64,000 nucleotides of DNA from Thermoplasmata archaeon (GTDB lineage: Archaea; Thermoplasmatota; Thermoplasmata; GCA-020350865), in the NCBI GenBank assembly GCA_020348445.1, contig CP070751.1:343772-407771 (forward strand), read 5' to 3'. The notes beneath the pieces are model-generated. The model searched no databases. It was given only the letters and a program-made list of their open reading frames with translations, and was not told where the DNA came from. Made by a program: the position numbers and the translations under genes. This document shows, in pieces, positions 48,001 through 55,331 of the stretch; positions within the stretch are counted from its first letter, which is position 1, and each line of letters starts with the position of its first letter.

Positions 48001-50828
48001 TATGTCATATCAAATGATATGTCCATGGTGTCATAGGTGCCGTTGGAATTGGTATCTGACAAAACAAAATAAACTATATCATCTGCCGCGCCGTCGTCAT
48101 CTGCATCGATTGTGAAAGTCCCTTCATACCACTCTTTGCTCGTGATTTGAGCATCGTTTGTATCTACATTCGGTGCTGCGTCAAATCCCACTGTAAACAG
48201 ATAATAGTCACCTAAAGTGATATCTGTCTGGGTTGTTATGCGCTCATCGTTTGTGTTGCCTGTGGCTCCGAAATCAACAGAATTGTCGTTAACATCACCC
48301 TCATCATATTCTTCGTCTCCAATTGAAATGTCCATGGCTTCATAAAGTCCATCGGAGTCTGTATCAGAGAGGACATAATAAACATCATCATCTACAAAAC
48401 CGTCACCGTCTGCATCCAATGCGAAAGTTCCTTTGTACCATTCGGTGCTCATAATACTGGCATCGTCCGAATCCACATTGGGCCCCCTGTCAAAATCCAC
48501 GAGAAACTGGTAATAGTCCCCTAATGTGATATTTGTGAAGGCCGTAATAAGCTCATCATCAGTGTTGCCTGTGGTTCCGAAGTCAACTATAAAATTGCCG
48601 ACATTCCCCTCTCCATAAACCTCATCACCAATGGAAATGTCCATGGCATCGTAGACCCCGTCTGAATTGGTGTCGGAAAGAACAAAGTAAACATTCTGCG
48701 TCTCCACAGTCCCGTCTCCGTCCCCATCTATTGTGAAGTTTCCTTTGTACCACTCATTACTTTGAATTCTGGCATCGTTCGTATCTACTGTGGGTGAGGA
48801 ATCAAATTCAACTGAAAACTCCAATGAATCACCAAGTGTAAGAAAATCCGAGGCTGTTATTCCCTCATCATTTCCCGTGGTAACGTTGCCGTCGTCCAAA
48901 TCCCCCTGGCCATAGGTGGAGTCCAAAGATAGATTCATTGTATCATATACACCGTCTGAGTCCATGTCAGATAAAACAAAGTAAATTACATCGTCTGGGA
49001 GACCGTCATCGTCGGCATCTATTTCGAAGGTGCCGTTGTACCATTCCTTGATCTGAAGTGTGGCATCAGGATTTGTGGAATTTGGGTTGTTAATAAAATT
49101 TACTATAAAAAGATAGGTATCAAGTGTTGCATTCATTCCAGACATGTCTATTTGCTCATCATTGTCTGTTGAGGTAGCATCATCGTCCAAGGTCCCTTCT
49201 CCAAAGACATCATCGTCAGTGGATAGATCTATTGTGTCGTAGATGCCGTCCGAATCAGAATCTGAAAGCGTATAATTCACGTACTCTGAGCTTCCGATGA
49301 TGCCATCTCCATTTACATCGATGTTAAAGGAGCCTGTATACCATTGGGTGGAGTTAATCCATGCATCTTGGGATGTTGCAGATGGATCTGATGTGAAATT
49401 AACTGTGAAGTTGTAGATACCCAAAATCACGACTTCCTCGTCAGTAATACCCTCGTCATTACCTGGACCCAGGAACTGGTCGCTTCGATCCCCGTCTACA
49501 AAACTCGAAGGATCCTCATAAGAGAGGTTCATTATATCGTAAACCCCAGTCGTTGTATTGTCAGTTAATACAAAGTATATCACATCATCGTAAACTCCAT
49601 CGCCGTCATCATCCCCCTCGATTGTAAACCATCCTACATACCATGTATTAGATTTGCTCCCAGGAGCACCATTAGGCTGTATTCCAGTACTGGTTGTATC
49701 TGTGGAATTTATGGAAATTATAATGGATCCCGAGGGGGATGTTAACGTTGCCGTGGCAACGCTGGTTTGGTTCGTGGGGTATATAAGGCCGTTGGGTTTT
49801 GTGTTGTTTGCCTGGGTATCTGAGGTTTGAGGGGATATAGATGCAGTTGTGCCCGAAGGAGGTGTATTTATATCCTGAGTATCTGACCTCTGGGGATTTA
49901 CAGTTGCAGAACCTGATGGCGCCGAATTTGTAGCAATGGTATCGTTGGTCTGGGGAGTTATGCCCGCAGAGCCTGAGGGCTGCGAATTTGTATCAGAAGT
50001 GTCTGCGGTCTGAGGTGAAATCGAAGCAGTCGAGCCAGATGGATCGGTATTTGTGGGCGTGGTGTTTGAATCCTGAGAATTTATGGTTGCAGTTCCTGAG
50101 GGTGCGGAATTTGTCTCAGTTGTATCCCCGGTCTGGGGATTTATCCCCGAGGCTCCTGTAGGTTGCGAGGCCACTCCAGTTGAATCTGCAGATTGGGGTG
50201 TAATGGATGCAGAGGAACCTAGAGGCTGGGTATTTGTATCGGTGCTGTCTGAGTTTTGAGATGAAATGGTTGCGGTGCTTCCAGAAGGTGGGAGATTGGT
50301 TGCCGTGCTCTCTGTGCTCTGGACGTCGGTTGCGGCGGAGCCAGAAGGCTGGGTCGTCGTCATTAGCGAGTCATTTACCTGGGGGTTGGATAAGGTTATG
50401 CCTGTAAGTGGAGTGTTGAGGGCAATGGAATTGTCGTTTTGATAGTTGTTCGAAATACCCAGATTTGATGGCTTAGTGTTTTGGGCTTCCGAATTGCTGA
50501 AAATTGGTGCTGAATCAGTAACACCTGTTGGTTGCGACAATATGGAGGTGGATGTAGTCCAAGTTCTCTCTGTCTCCATTAGCAAATCGCTTTGGATCGT
50601 GGTAATTACGTTGGGTGTGTCAACATCTATGTAGTTGTATAACTCCACCCTGGCTTGACCCACAGGATAGCCATTGGAATTGTATACTGTTCCTGTGATT
50701 TCGCCCCCTTTTGCGGCGCTTGCTGTTGGTGCAATAGCCATCAACACCACAAGAATTATCGCTCCTATCAGAGAGCCTTTCTTCCCTATTCTAGCAAAAG
50801 CTTCATTCATACCATGATAATTCGCCAT
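39024..50828 (-). CDS. Giant (3934 aa) Ca-binding surface/adhesin-like protein with C-terminal TM and cytoplasmic zinc ribbon
   Basis: Signal peptide, S/T-rich PSG repeats, 14 ~100-aa WYxGxFTIDxDxDG repeats, carboxypeptidase-regulatory-like domain, 13 Ig-like domains, 9 TSP3-like repeats, TM FWWWWILITALIVFGIIFMFI, CPSCG...CPHCG. Confidence 0.9.
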   Translation of the reverse strand: MANYHGMNEAFARIGKKGSLIGAIILVVLMAIAPTASAAKGGEITGTVYNSNGYPVGQARVELYNYIDVDTPNVITTIQSDLLMETERTWTTSTSILSQPTGVTDSAPIFSNSEAQNTKPSNLGISNNYQNDNSIALNTPLTGITLSNPQVNDSLMTTTQPSGSAATDVQSTESTATNLPPSGSTATISSQNSDSTDTNTQPLGSSASITPQSADSTGVASQPTGASGINPQTGDTTETNSAPSGTATINSQDSNTTPTNTDPSGSTASISPQTADTSDTNSQPSGSAGITPQTNDTIATNSAPSGSATVNPQRSDTQDINTPPSGTTASISPQTSDTQANNTKPNGLIYPTNQTSVATATLTSPSGSIIISINSTDTTSTGIQPNGAPGSKSNTWYVGWFTIEGDDDGDGVYDDVIYFVLTDNTTTGVYDIMNLSYEDPSSFVDGDRSDQFLGPGNDEGITDEEVVILGIYNFTVNFTSDPSATSQDAWINSTQWYTGSFNIDVNGDGIIGSSEYVNYTLSDSDSDGIYDTIDLSTDDDVFGEGTLDDDATSTDNDEQIDMSGMNATLDTYLFIVNFINNPNSTNPDATLQIKEWYNGTFEIDADDDGLPDDVIYFVLSDMDSDGVYDTMNLSLDSTYGQGDLDDGNVTTGNDEGITASDFLTLGDSLEFSVEFDSSPTVDTNDARIQSNEWYKGNFTIDGDGDGTVETQNVYFVLSDTNSDGVYDAMDISIGDEVYGEGNVGNFIVDFGTTGNTDDELITAFTNITLGDYYQFLVDFDRGPNVDSDDASIMSTEWYKGTFALDADGDGFVDDDVYYVLSDTDSDGLYEAMDISIGDEEYDEGDVNDNSVDFGATGNTNDERITTQTDITLGDYYLFTVGFDAAPNVDTNDAQITSKEWYEGTFTIDADDDGAADDIVYFVLSDTNSNGTYDTMDISFDMTYGQGTLDDDIVTTVDDEQITASGFVTIGDSFEFEMDFDFSPVLDSDDARITSNEWYLGTFTIDGNGDGTVEANNVYYVLSDTDSDGMYEAMDISMGDQVYGEGGISNSTVDFSESDNMDDERLTSSVKIILGDHYQFTVAFDGSPNLDGVDARITSNQWYEGAFTIDADGDGLADDDVYFVLSDTDSEGLYEVMDISIGDKDYGEGDLNDNYVDFGETANINDEQITTSRNIKLGDFYNFTCEFDSAPNVDTNDAQIQGLEWFEGSFTIDADNDGAADDKVYFVLTDTDSNGTYDTMDLSLDATYGQGTLDNDNVTTGDDERITASEFLNLGDLLEFSVDFDAAPPTDSKDARIKSNEWYLGTFTIDGNGDGIVEADNVYYVLTDTNSDGIYEAMDISMGDEVYGEGDLGNFIVDFSTSDNSNDEQITATTNITLGIYFLFSCEFDSGPNLDSDDARITSLEWYEGDLQIDCDDDGLADDNVHFVLVDTDSDGLYEVLEISIGDETYGEGDLNDNYVDFDESDNTNDEQITASAYVKLGDIYTFLVEFDDAPNQDSDDIRIGSSMWYEGAFTIDADDDGAADDEVYFVLSDTDSNGIYETLDISIEDKDFGETGSGSLSDDIVNYQNPDDNNNDERVTENASMTLGDSLLFKVNFDSTPESDENDVQILIYEWYHGSFEIDADDEDDDGIQDDKVLYFLTDVNSDGLYDTMDMSINDATFRETDEGTLMDGIVDYYDDTNNLNDELITASSNITLGDSLLFSVEFRNNPGIVDSYDARILSVEWYVGAFTIDVDGDGIVNIDGMKFALSDFKSKGLYNYYMEITTDDDIFAEPPGDVGDQISQVDNDEVIRDLGGEFVVLGTYRYHVQSYDNLGDGVGVNDGVNYDVNDTVITISHWFSGSALLEGNLRDAVVSDLDSDGLFDEVYIDLNDDGDFEDVGVDAMALQPSDIFQGSQLKIQYTLVSLDSSGRYFEIQPTGTSVGLTESWFFGKVEVPPLSGDTYYVLLSDIDGDSIFDCADFDTDYPSDGVWDVLGLTETSGTVNLNGTMYQIINIEDSGTFIKITAFLDIILSSKNDISLTNAIHYGTISESSLSINLNQDGDMLDIYYALVVDNLLSGYYETVFIDCDEDYDLSDESMLNVGSSFSIAASLPFDPHTFVIDFINSQGKYFMFAQTNHPLDYCITSPDGEYALDAPIDGDYWISVGSSTTYWGYAILNDTNSNTGINIAGGDTIESWDQYLTQTGNFVFGYVNDSITGDSLEDVVVQVYDTLGNLVVSTETKADGSYQIAMKSNSAYDLVFSLQGYYTDDGRTTGSWQDLLILSDTYSVDVLLVPDNIAPTITLDYPKEGQTVGGTLIIQATAQDDFLVDLVEVSFDYGATYHTMTFAGGNTYTYSWDTTLHPEGMTRVLTKVTDDMGNTDTDFCDVYISNDVIPPSISIISPTDLEYIEGSYTIQIHATDNYALEYVNITLDGIVYKTALNPSSGYYEYAIDTTTLSDGLHTLSAEAWDYAKNSAQDSLATGFYVDNTPPTLSIYSPENGVTVYGTTIFIDVESVDPGIFSPTVQYRIDSGAWVTLSGSELLDWSDVWDSTTVSNGIHSITVRSYDDMVHMVSDTVTITVDNDDPRVTIVAPIGNEWIYGSYTFKVSASDDVGITNVYITVNGNDYSTGYNSASGLWEVEIDTTAMGDGYYSISATAEDGIPIHTQTTSALEFNVDNTEPVLSINSPLAGETVTGSTVSIDASSYDEGPFVPVVQYKIDSEAWITLTGSEIIGWTGSWDSTAYSNGIHTITFRAYDEIGHLVTDSITVTVDNDNPTVSISAPLANEYVQGVYTFKILASDDVGVTNVYITINSTDYTAGYNSVTGLWEVEIDTTVLGDGYYSITATAQDGIPSHTQVTSTLDFNVDNTEPVLSINSPLAGVTVTGSTVSIDADSFDEGPFVLVVQYKIDSGAWITLTGSEIEGWTGTWDSTMHSDSVHTITFRVYDEIGHLVSDSITVTVDNDNPTVSISAPVKNEFVQGVYTFKILASDKVGITNVTITINGDDYNTSYNSVSGLWEMELDTATIFDGVYSITATAKDGISSHTQTTDSVNFYIDNNEPTLSINSPQQGETVYGENVVVDVDSTDEGDFVLIVQFRIDSGNWITLPASWDSTAYSNGVHTITVRAYDEIGHVVTDSLTVTVDNDDPAASVVSPVANEYVQGTYTFKVSASDDVDVSEVHIQIHTDNYVMGYNSASLLWEVTIDTTAITDGTYGLSATVKDGIPIHTQTTISFNFYIDNNAPTLSVISPINSQILYGPSVALEANSTDSGIFVPTVQFRIDSGAWSALSGSEILGWTGTWDSTTRSYGVYTITFRAYDDIGHVVTESVTITVDNDYPVVSIVSPVANEYLQGTYTFGISASDGIGVSNVYITISGNDYATGYNSVSGLWEVLMGTTTFADGTYDLYATCEDIIPSHTQTTVPFSFNIDNTQPQLTIISPHSGDYVKGNVVMDIRGFDLFIDSVEYSVDGLGWVDNNTVWDTTFQTDGSHTLTFRAIDLAGHVAQGSIVVIVDNTDFDSDGIGDLADPDIDNDGVDNPDDPFPYDNTEWEDNDGDGIGDNMDLDDDNDAVSDLQDDFPANPNEWVDTDSDGLGNNADLDDDGDGVYDINDEFPLDDDEWMDSDSDGQGNNDDLDDDGDGIMDFSDAFPLNPDEYSDSDSDGIGDNSDMDADGDGVFNTNDAFPYNASETSDLDGDGIGDKTDYDKDGDGVANTYDRFPNDALEWRDTDSDGFGDNTDSDDDNDGTTDSRDVFPFDNSEWRDSDSDGLGDNQDDDRDGDGVLNSNNKDKFPDDPNEWEDTDSDGIGNNADWDDDGDGVADSKDYYPLDKSRSLEPFWWWWILITALIVFGIIFMFITQRKPPAVLGDEEAYLGFQKVTQRAPAQRKEREASPEVGTIVIKTKEQEEVSDRHEGKPKVDQEEIECPSCGRSFMVEVMAGPRMIECPHCGTSGTID
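39400..40345 (-). repeat. Nine ~36-aa thrombospondin type 3-like Ca-binding repeats
   Basis: DxDxDGxGDxxDxDxDxDGxxDxxDxFPxxxxEW units. Confidence 0.88.
40345..44000 (-). repeat. Thirteen Ig-like domains, mostly alternating A/B types
   Basis: DN(T/N)xPxLSIxSP and DNDxPxxxIxxP units alternate. Near-identical DNA at a 570-bp period (41940 vs 42510). Confidence 0.88.
45330..49650 (-). repeat. Fourteen ~100-aa Asp-rich coding repeats
   Basis: Fourteen W(Y/F)xGx(F/L)xI(D/E) occurrences, each followed by V(Y/H)(F/Y)VL(S/T)DxxSxGxY(D/E)xMD(I/L)S-like motifs (first and last units more divergent). Confidence 0.88.
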
Positions 50829-51059
50829 AATATCACCAGTTTTTCCTATTAATTTCTAACAGTTTGGCGAGTCCTATCTTATGACCCATATGTTGTACCT
50901 AAACTCCGTCCCGTTTCTGGATAGAGAGGGTGATTTGTCCAGAAAATCGCTTTTTTTCCCATATTCTATCCAGTATCCTTCGATAGAGGGTAACACATAA
51001 GGATTTGTATATATATATTTTTATACTCGATTATCCAAAATGTATGAATTATTACATTC

Positions 51060-51482
51060 TCAAATATCGAACAGGACCTGGACCGTATATCCATCGCTTT
51101 TTTCGATCTTAAGAATATGGTGTGTTACAGCCTTCATCTCCGTATGATATGCATGTTTATCCTTGTTGTAATTCTCCCCTTTGGCACTGCCTCTCAAAAG
51201 CCAACTCCCCTCTTTTTCTTCTATTTCTATTTCGAACTTAGAAAACAACACGTTCTTGACAGTGTGGATGAACAAAAGCTCCGAAAGCCAGTCCACGAGC
51301 AACTGCTCCAAGTCTCTGGATTGGATATGGATCTGGTACTCCCCTATTTCCTCCACCTCTTCTATATTGGTAATGATGCTGAACATTCCATAGGCTGCAT
51401 TTTCAAAGGCCTCTGAAAGATCCTTGCCATTCGCCCTGATTCCCACATCCGCGGTGTGCTCTAGAATCTCGTATTTCTTCAT
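51060..51482 (-). CDS. Archease (RtcB tRNA-ligase cofactor)
   Basis: YEILEHTADVGI...AFENAA, LLVDWLSELLF, EMKAVTHH, VLFDI C-terminus. Confidence 0.95.
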   Translation of the reverse strand: MKKYEILEHTADVGIRANGKDLSEAFENAAYGMFSIITNIEEVEEIGEYQIHIQSRDLEQLLVDWLSELLFIHTVKNVLFSKFEIEIEEKEGSWLLRGSAKGENYNKDKHAYHTEMKAVTHHILKIEKSDGYTVQVLFDI

Positions 51483-51842
51483 TACTTTGCATAATTATTT
51501 TCTATTTAATAAACTCTTGCTTTTGTTAATGGTAATATTGTTCCCTCCTCTCTTGCCCTTCCTTTTTTACCCCCACCTCCCTTATCCCCTCCTCCCTTAC
51601 CCCCTCCATCGTGGCCTCTTCCATTTTCTAAATGGTATATTCATAGTCCACTTTGCCCTTAGGTTATGCGATAAAGTGTCGATATCTTAAGCCTAAGGGC
51701 TCCCACCCAAAAATATGTCAGATTAAGATGTTTACTAAAAGAATATTCATTCATTATCGCCAAATTTATATTTTATAACCGCATAACCAGAAATTAGCAT
51801 CAGAAGGAAAGGAATTTACAAAACAACAAAAGGAGATTCTCG

Positions 51843-52649
51843 ATGAACATAGGAATAATTGGATGTGGTGCCATCGGCTCCACCCTGGCCAAGGCTGCCG
51901 AGGATATGGAAGAGGTATCTGAAATATACCTCTTTGACAAGTCCCATGTTTGCTCCCGCGTGCTGGAAGATAAACTCTCCAAGGTAATATCCATATTGAC
52001 ATTCGAGGAGTTGGTAGCAAAATCGGATTTTATCATAGAGGCGGCGTCACAGGAGGCTGTTTCCCTCTTTTGTAAGAAAATCCTGGAAAAAGGAAAGGAT
52101 TTGATGATAATGAGCGTGGGGGCCCTTGTGGATGATGACCTAAGAGAGGATCTTAAAACCACTGCAAAGAAACATGATTGCAAGATATTCCTTCCAACAG
52201 GGGCGCTCTCCGGTGTGGATGGCCTTGCCTCGGCAGCAGTTTTTGGAATCGAAGAGGTGATTCTCACCACAAGAAAACCACCCTCGGCATTTTCAGATGT
52301 GGAATTTATAAAAAAAGAGGGTATTGACTTGGAGAATCTTTCATCCCCGAAAATCCTCTTTGAGGGAACAGCAAAAGAGGCGGTGAAACTCTTTCCCAAG
52401 AACGTCAATGTCGCAGCAACTGTGAGCCTGGCAGGCATGGGTTTTGAGAGGACCAAGGTGAAGATCATAGCTGATCCTTCAACAGAACAGAACCATCATC
52501 AGATAACAGTCAAGGGAGAGTTCGGCTCCATGAATTCCGAGGTTGACAACCTTCCTTTTGAGAGGAACCCAAAGACCAGTAAAATTGCCGCTGCCTCGGC
52601 AATTGCTGCTATGAAGAAAATTGTGAGCACCTACTGGGTAGGTGTTTGA
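51843..52649 (+). CDS. nadX: L-aspartate dehydrogenase (NAD biosynthesis)
   Basis: IGIIGCGAIG, EAASQEAV, MSVGAL, PTGALSGVD, TTRKPP, FPKNVNVAA, NPKTSKIAA. Confidence 0.93.
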   Translation: MNIGIIGCGAIGSTLAKAAEDMEEVSEIYLFDKSHVCSRVLEDKLSKVISILTFEELVAKSDFIIEAASQEAVSLFCKKILEKGKDLMIMSVGALVDDDLREDLKTTAKKHDCKIFLPTGALSGVDGLASAAVFGIEEVILTTRKPPSAFSDVEFIKKEGIDLENLSSPKILFEGTAKEAVKLFPKNVNVAATVSLAGMGFERTKVKIIADPSTEQNHHQITVKGEFGSMNSEVDNLPFERNPKTSKIAAASAIAAMKKIVSTYWVGV

Positions 52650-52667
52650 AACTACGACTTTTTGAGA

Positions 52668-52949
52668 TTATTCTTGGTTTTCCATCTGCTTTGCCAAAAG
52701 AGCCCTTGTTTCCCTGGCCAGTTTTGTGTCGTTTTTTTCAAGCTCTGCATCAAGTTCTTCTATTGAAATCTTCGTATCAAGAAAAACTATGTGATAGCTT
52801 GGTATGTTCTCGACCTGTAAAATCGCAACCTTTGTATCGTCTGTTACCTCAACACCCTTTTGCTGGGCCTGAAAATGCACAAAGGGCATGATTTCCCTTG
52901 TTACTGACGATACCTTTGTTATTGCGACCAACCTTGCTATGTAGGACAT
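52668..52949 (-). CDS. DUF749-family protein
   Basis: PFVHFQA...VAILQVENIPSYHIVFLD..SIEELDAEL resembles DUF749. Lies directly downstream of hdrB. Confidence 0.75.
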   Translation of the reverse strand: MSYIARLVAITKVSSVTREIMPFVHFQAQQKGVEVTDDTKVAILQVENIPSYHIVFLDTKISIEELDAELEKNDTKLARETRALLAKQMENQE

Positions 52950-52978
52950 AGAATTACCCTGTTAAAAATAAAAAAAGA

Positions 52979-53833
52979 TCAGGAGGGGAGGTTAACTGGC
53001 GTTGCATGCATATCAAAGCCCAGTTTCTTTTCGTCCACTCCCAATGCCAATCCATAAAGCTGCGAAAGGTGCAAAACAGGTATGGAATACTCTTCTCCAA
53101 GGTCCTTTTGGCCCCTGTCGTACTGAAGATGGCAAAATGGACAGGGATTGACGATGGTGTTTGCTCCAGCTGCTTTGATATTTTCCAGCTTCTGCTTTGT
53201 CATACCCATTGCCAGCTCTGGCACCCTGGCCCTGACTCCACCACCTGCACCGCAGCAGAGGTTCTTGTCCATGTAATCCACGCTTTCGGCTCCCACTGCC
53301 TCAACGAGCTTGTCCAATATCGTGGGTCTTTCTGGATCCTCGATACCCTTTAACTTGTGGGGTTTTAGAAAGTGGCAGCCGTAGTGCACAGCGATCTTCA
53401 ACTTGTCCTGCTTGTTCTTGACCTTCTCTGCGATCTTCTCGACACCCACCTCGTTCATGAGGACATCAACAAAGTGCTTGACATTTGTCTTTCCCCCGTA
53501 CTTCATGCCTATTTCTGCAAGGTTCTTGTTGATCTCTTCCCTCTTCTTATCGTCGTGAAGTAGATGTGCGGCCTCGAACAAGGAGCCGTAGCAACCGTTG
53601 CATATCACAAGGATATCGTTTCCCCCCTTCTCGGCCAGTGCCAGGTTCCTTGCAGCTATTGTAAGCCATGTATTCTGATCAAAGGAGCGGGTAACTCCAG
53701 GTGCTGGGCAGCATGATGCACCTTCCAGCTCGGCAAATTCTACACCAAGTTCCTTTAATATCTCCCTTGTGGCGCTCTCGACTCCAGGATATCTATTGGG
53801 TGCAACGCAGCCCAGAAACAATGCATATCCCAT
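52979..53833 (-). CDS. hdrB: Heterodisulfide reductase subunit B
   Basis: Two CCG domains: FLGCVAP, SCCPAPG, ICNGCYGSL, HYGCHFLKP, CCGAGGG, PCPFCHLQYD. ATG 53833 follows GGAGGTG. Confidence 0.95.
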   Translation of the reverse strand: MGYALFLGCVAPNRYPGVESATREILKELGVEFAELEGASCCPAPGVTRSFDQNTWLTIAARNLALAEKGGNDILVICNGCYGSLFEAAHLLHDDKKREEINKNLAEIGMKYGGKTNVKHFVDVLMNEVGVEKIAEKVKNKQDKLKIAVHYGCHFLKPHKLKGIEDPERPTILDKLVEAVGAESVDYMDKNLCCGAGGGVRARVPELAMGMTKQKLENIKAAGANTIVNPCPFCHLQYDRGQKDLGEEYSIPVLHLSQLYGLALGVDEKKLGFDMHATPVNLPS

Positions 53834-53834
53834 C

Positions 53835-54356
53835 TTAGGCACCTCCTATGAGCTTGTCGAACTTCGTTTTCTTAATGAGCTTCTGCACCTCTTCTAGGGC
53901 CTTTGGGTCCGATAGCGTTGTTGGGGGTGCTTCGCTCAGACCAACAGCCTTTCTCTTCTCCCTGTACTCCTTGCTCAGAGGGACCAGATGTCCTGTCTTT
54001 ACAAGGTAGCCTGCACCCTTTTTGTGTGTCTCTCCCATGAAACCTTCTGCTACAGCCATGTTCCTCAAGGTCAGGATTATATCAGGAATCTCCACTCCCC
54101 TTGGGCATCTTTCATGACACGTGTAACATGTTGTGCAGAACCAGAGATCGTCTGTTGGCAGGATATCGTCTTTAAAGCCCAACTGTGCCCTTCTGATAAC
54201 CTTTCTCACTCTGAAAGCCGTGAGCCTACCCGAGGGACAGCTTCCCGTGCATGTTCCGCATTGAAAACAGAGGTTCAGTGTGTCTGCTCCCTTAGCAATC
54301 ACCGCATTGGTAAATTCAGGGTTCGGTGTTTTTGGTTTCTTATCAGATTCAGCCAT
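53835..54356 (-). CDS. hdrC: Heterodisulfide reductase subunit C
   Basis: CFQCGTCTGSCP and CTTCYTCHERCP 4Fe-4S motifs. Adjacent to hdrB. Confidence 0.95.
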   Translation of the reverse strand: MAESDKKPKTPNPEFTNAVIAKGADTLNLCFQCGTCTGSCPSGRLTAFRVRKVIRRAQLGFKDDILPTDDLWFCTTCYTCHERCPRGVEIPDIILTLRNMAVAEGFMGETHKKGAGYLVKTGHLVPLSKEYREKRKAVGLSEAPPTTLSDPKALEEVQKLIKKTKFDKLIGGA

Positions 54357-54674
54357 AAATCGTCACCAAAATCCCATAAAAACATTCTCCTATATATAAA
54401 TTCGCAAGTTTTTTGGTCAGTATTACCATTTAGGGTAATACTATAGATTATTTATACTCGATTGCCCCTTTTTATCCTGGGATTTGGCAACATTTGCCAT
54501 TCACGAAAGTTTCAAGTACGCAGAAGGCATTTTACTGAGTGTATTAAGACACAAAGATGTCAGATATGGCCCCACAAAAAAGTGTATGGGAATAATTGAG
54601 ATTTAAATGCACATATCCCTGTATTAAGGGACAATCACCGGGGCTTTGATAATATGAAACGGGAGGCAAGATTG

Positions 54675-55118
54675 ATGACAGAAGAATTAAAGACTTTAGA
54701 GGGATTGCGCGAGAAAGTGGAATCTTTTTTGCGCAACAAAGAACTGAGCTATGAGGTAAGACCTGAAGGGGATTTTTGGCTCCGCCAGGGCTCCACACTT
54801 GTTGTGATTTCGCCTAACCAGTGGGAAGAGCGGACCTTGGTTAGACTGGCGTCGCCTGTAGCAATTAACGTAACGGACGTTTCCCCTGAGCTCACCAAGT
54901 ATCTGGTTGAGATGAACCATCAACTCCTTTTCGGCAAGTTCGCCTTGGATACCGAGGGAAAGACCATATGGTACGAACATGTACTTCTGGGTGATTTCCT
55001 AAACGAGGAGGAGCTTTTCGTTGGATTGGCTGCAGTGGCACTCACAGCCGACGATTTCGATGAAAAGGTATCTGAGATGGCAGGGGGAAAGAGGGTTTCA
55101 GACCTAAAGAAAAAGTGA
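54675..55118 (+). CDS. YbjN/T3SS-chaperone-fold protein
   Basis: LRQGSTLVVI, YLVEMNHQLLFGKFALD, L..VALTADDFDEKVSEMAGGKR. ATG 54675 follows GGGAGG. Confidence 0.75.
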   Translation: MTEELKTLEGLREKVESFLRNKELSYEVRPEGDFWLRQGSTLVVISPNQWEERTLVRLASPVAINVTDVSPELTKYLVEMNHQLLFGKFALDTEGKTIWYEHVLLGDFLNEEELFVGLAAVALTADDFDEKVSEMAGGKRVSDLKKK

Positions 55119-55331
55119 TTCACAATCTGAGGAAAAATTGTGCAGGCAGATACCAAAATTCGAACATTGGCAGTTGGAATGCGAGGCTTTGATTATGCCT
55201 TATTCCCAAAATCAGGCCAATTATTGAAGATCCATTTTAAGAACCCTGTTAATTGGGAATTCGGATTTACGGGAAGAAATAGAAGTAATTAACAATAAAG
55301 TTATATTGATACACTGGAAAAGGTGATTGTT

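Noticed and set aside
51424-51690. 88-aa plus-strand Pro/Leu-rich ORF
   Set aside because: Overlaps archease antisense and merely translates the C-rich tract.
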